The notes under the pieces: generated by a model | What the model saw: the letters and a program-made list of their open reading frames with translations, nothing else | Database searches by the model: none | Told to the model about the DNA's origin: nothing | Part shown: positions 60,601 through 64,000 of the stretch, in pieces | How the letters are laid out: each line of letters opens with the position of its first letter | Position numbering within the stretch: position 1 is the stretch's first letter | Position numbers and translations under genes: made by a program | DNA from: Takakia lepidozioides | Lineage: Eukaryota; Plantae; Bryophyta | Reading direction: 5' to 3' | Length of the DNA stretch: 64,000 nucleotides | Assembly (NCBI GenBank): GCA_030704615.1 | Contig: CM060733.1 | Coordinates: forward strand, 6,200,001 to 6,264,000

Positions 60601-62987
60601 CTCAAACTCCATCAGGTCTATTGCCTTGCCTTGGGATATCCAAAAACCACTCCATTTCTCAAGCAAACCATACTCTGTTTTCAAAATGTGTCGACCCATG
60701 TTCCGTAGCTGATCATGCATCAAGAATCTCTCTTCATTGTTGAGCTTCACCAGTGATTTATCTATGAGATTTCAAAGTCCATTCCTTGCAGCCCACCCAG
60801 ATGCTTGGCAAGCTCGTTTAGCTGTACGACTTGACTCCTCAAAGAATACACACGCAATGTCAAGGAACATTTTTTGATGATCTTCCTGCAAAACGTCGAA
60901 GCTTATCCGGAAGACTTCATATGGTTTTTTATTCTCTCCAAAATAAGATTCGTTCCGCAACTTCTCAAGGACTTCTTCCCAACTGCTTTTGTCGTCATCA
61001 TCATGCAAATGTGCACCAATTATCTCCAAAATTAAGGGAAACCCACCACAAGCTTCGACAACCTCTTTTGTAAGCTTGTCAAAATGCTCTGTTGGGTTTG
61101 AATTCGAGAAGGCATGCAGATTGAATAACTTCTTTGAATCTTCCTTACAAAGATCCTCAACAATATAGATACCATCAAACTGTGACATCAGTCGTATATC
61201 ACAAGATGTCACCACACAACGGCTCCCATCTCCAAGTGCTCCAAGTATATCTTCATTGAATAATGCGTCCATTTGGGATTGATCATCAACGTCATCCAAC
61301 ACAACTAAAACCTTCTTTCCGCATAGGTGTTCTTTCAAGATGATTTTTCCCCGTGCTACGTAATGCATCATTGAATCCATTTCTTTGCATATGTCATCGT
61401 GCAATTGCTTTTGCATGTTTACAACCCCCATTAGGTTGCTTAGCTCTGTCCTTGATGTCCCACACAAAACTTGCCGCATCAAAATCCGTAAAAATCCTAT
61501 TAGATTTCTTTTCCCGGCATCGTCTTTCCCACTCCACCTGCGCCCCATATGCCAAATTTCCCTACGCCTTGTCCAAGCTCTAGACTTTGGATGACGACTT
61601 GTGCTCTTTTCTTCAGCCCAACAGGATGTTTGGCAGTTTCAAATGGTAGTATATTTAAGATTTTTGCGACTTGTGCAACCACCTTCTTCACCACACTTGC
61701 TTCGGACCTACACATCAAGGGCATCAATAAAGCTACACAAGGCGATGTCCCATAAATAATTGCTTCACTCTATCGCAAGATCTAGTAGTTTTTAATCACT
61801 CATCCATAGAGAGGAAAATGCAACCAACTACCTTTTATGGGAGCCTCGTAGCAAGAGGAGGCTTTACCATTGAAAGTGACATTGATCTACTAAAAAATCT
61901 CGTCAAGAAATAGAGAATCACAAAACAAACAGAAAACCAAGAGAGACAAAAATCAGGAAAGGAACAAAAAGAAGGAAAAAAAAAATGGATACACAGAAAA
62001 CAATGACTCCAGGTTTCATCCTGCACTCATAAACTGGCGAATTGCAGTGTAGACTTGGCAAGTGTGTCTCACCGATCCAAAGACCAATTAGAAAAACAAG
62101 ATGTATGGTAGTGACAAAGCCACCATCACTTTCCTACCGAATGCATGTAAGCCCAACGACCTAACAGTACAAGAATGCACAACAAATCCTTAAAACCAAA
62201 ACGAGAGAGAAATAATATCTCCATGCATGCTGCCGTTGTTCATAGAGACCTCCACTCCGTCAAGGATGGAGTCATAAAGGGAACACAAAGAGGTGGGAGC
62301 ATTGAAAAAACAAATGCTCCTAAAACTCAAAATCATTATAGAGAACAGACATCACGTAATCTGTGGAGTGGGACGGAGGTGGGGAATCATGAAAAACATC
62401 ATCATGATCCATAGATAGGAGTAGGCAAGCAAAAATTTGTACACCTTACCTATTCATCGCAACAACTTCCTGTCCCATGATGTTTGATGCTGCAGTGAGT
62501 GTTTCCTTCCACTTCGACAGTTCTTCATCATTGTGCCTCAAGTTCTGCCCTTAAACAACCTTTATCTGGCCTGCGTACATCGCTGGGTGTCACATCATAG
62601 AAGATGGGCAAAATGACTTTGTCCGGGATCTCCAAGATGAGACATAGCTCATCTAGGCACCACTTGGACTCTGTGTAACCCTTAGTGAACACTGGTATGT
62701 AGATACCAGCATTGCGTATAGCATGATCAAGGGGCTCCCATGATTTCTCTCCCAAACCAATACCTGTGGCATCTAGGAATGGCGTAAACCCATCACAGTG
62801 CAATGCCTCATCCAAGTGACCACGTCCGGCCCTCTATGACTAATAAACACATCGTAACTCTTTGAGGGACCTGCACAAGGAAGAACAAAACAATTGAATT
62901 GCACAAGTGAATGGCAAAGAGGATGAGGTTGATTGCAAAAGGTCTAATTTAATTCGACCTTAACTTGGGGGTTTTCCAGTAGCCATG
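60601..62987 (-). pseudogene. TIR-NB-ARC (TNL-type NLR) pseudogene
   Basis: TIR exon ~62450-62870 (YDVFISHRGPDV...SKWCLDEL...PIFYDVTPSDVR). NB-ARC exon ~60601-61707 (GAGGVGKT, LVVLDDV, CGGFPL, FLDIAC, MHD). Frameshifts and in-frame stops; no LRR exon before the gypsy fragment. Confidence 0.9.
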
Positions 62988-63283
62988 TTGAGGAAGCAAT
63001 GCGTAAATACCCATGCTTGAGCATACAACACCAAAATGTGGTCAGGCCTCCTAGGGATGAGCGAAAAGGTACTACCTAAGCCACCAGTTCCCTGATCTTA
63101 CTTCCTTTCTATCTTTCACACCTCATATATGTGCCCATTTTGACACAATGTAGGTATGTGGAGTGATAGACAAAGTGGCAGCAAAGTGCCACCTAATCGA
63201 CAGAGTTCACCTCAAGCAATTGACGACAATAGACAATTTCATGCAAGGAACATGTGGACAGATTCTAGGGTTCCTGCATACTT

Positions 63284-63550
63284 TATGTGGGATGTACTAT
63301 GTAATTCCAGTGGAAGTCCATACTCTACATATTTGTTAGGCAATCCATAACAAGAGGAACAACAGATTCTTCGGCGTCATGTGGGATGTACTCTGTAATT
63401 CCAGTGGAAACCCGTACTCTATATATTGTTAGACAGTCCATAACAAGAGGAACAACAGATTCTTCGGGTTGTACTCTGTAATTCCAGTGGAAACCCATAC
63501 TCTACATATTGTTAGGCAGTCCATAACAAGAGGAACAGCAGATTCTTCCG
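63284..63550 (+). repeat. Tandem repeat, 3 x ~85-95 bp
   Basis: GTACT(A/C)TGTAATTCCAGTGGAA...CCATAACAAGAGGAACA(A/G)CAGATTCTTC occurs three times. Confidence 0.85.
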
Positions 63551-64000
63551 TGTCTTGATTGAAACTGATTGCAACTGTAGGAAATGGATAACCCATCACC
63601 ACACACATGAATATTTGAGTACGACCACTATTTCATCCCTCAAGGGAGAGCTCCTACAGACTCTTAGTGCAAGTCAGCTTGTGGACTCCACGTCGACACC
63701 ATGTACTGGTCGACACCAATATTGTAATGCCTTTGTTAGACCTTCATGCTGGAGTTCATGGACTTCTAAAGTATACTGAACTTTCCTCATCTTCAGCATG
63801 TCACTCCCACTTGGCAGTCTGGCACCCCGTTACTTAACTACGTTTTTTCTTCCAGGTGTGTTACAATTCCATGTCATCAAGTTTACCACGTATAGTCAGT
63901 AAACTTAAAAACCAGAATAGTGTCTTTTCAGATCGGCTGTGGTGCAAACTACTCCCCGAATCTCAAACAAGTTGGCGCAAGGTAAGAAGGATTTATGCTC

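Noticed and set aside
63284-64000. LRR or C-terminal exon of a neighbouring NLR
   Set aside because: No open frame or LRR consensus could be read.

Overview
This is eukaryotic nuclear DNA from a land plant, most likely a bryophyte. That assignment is inferred from the intronless PLS-DYW PPR gene and the TE repertoire. The only clearly intact gene is a 1149-aa PLS-class PPR-DYW organellar C-to-U editing factor (481-3930). Almost everything else is nested transposon sequence. The main structure is a ~44.9-kb Mutator-like element (10129-55011), bounded by in-register imperfect TIRs and a 9-bp direct repeat (GACATAGGA), which splits one Helitron-like repeat array in two. Its apparent native cargo is two divergently oriented, decayed genes: a GCM-like/DDE/SWIM transposase (minus strand, left arm) and a spliced ParB-like + N6A/N4C-type DNA methyltransferase fusion (plus strand, right arm). 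About 19 copies of a 28-bp palindrome (ATTAAGGTGTCGT-NN-ACGACACCTTAAT) occur only in non-coding parts of this element: a ~137-bp-period array upstream of the ParB-MTase gene, its introns, and the opposite subterminus. This is a candidate TE-encoded parS-like/VANC-like self-marking system. Inside the element are captured host exons (SEC13, EF-Tu, PPR), a second MULE derivative, CACTA segments (one encoding a SET-domain protein next to TnpD), a Penelope-like RT with hairpin-delimited non-coding tandem units, a 2.3-kb inverted repeat, and LINE fragments. The right end holds a PPR fragment, a truncated self-priming gypsy element and a TIR-NB-ARC pseudogene. All family assignments come from motif recognition by eye; no searches were run.
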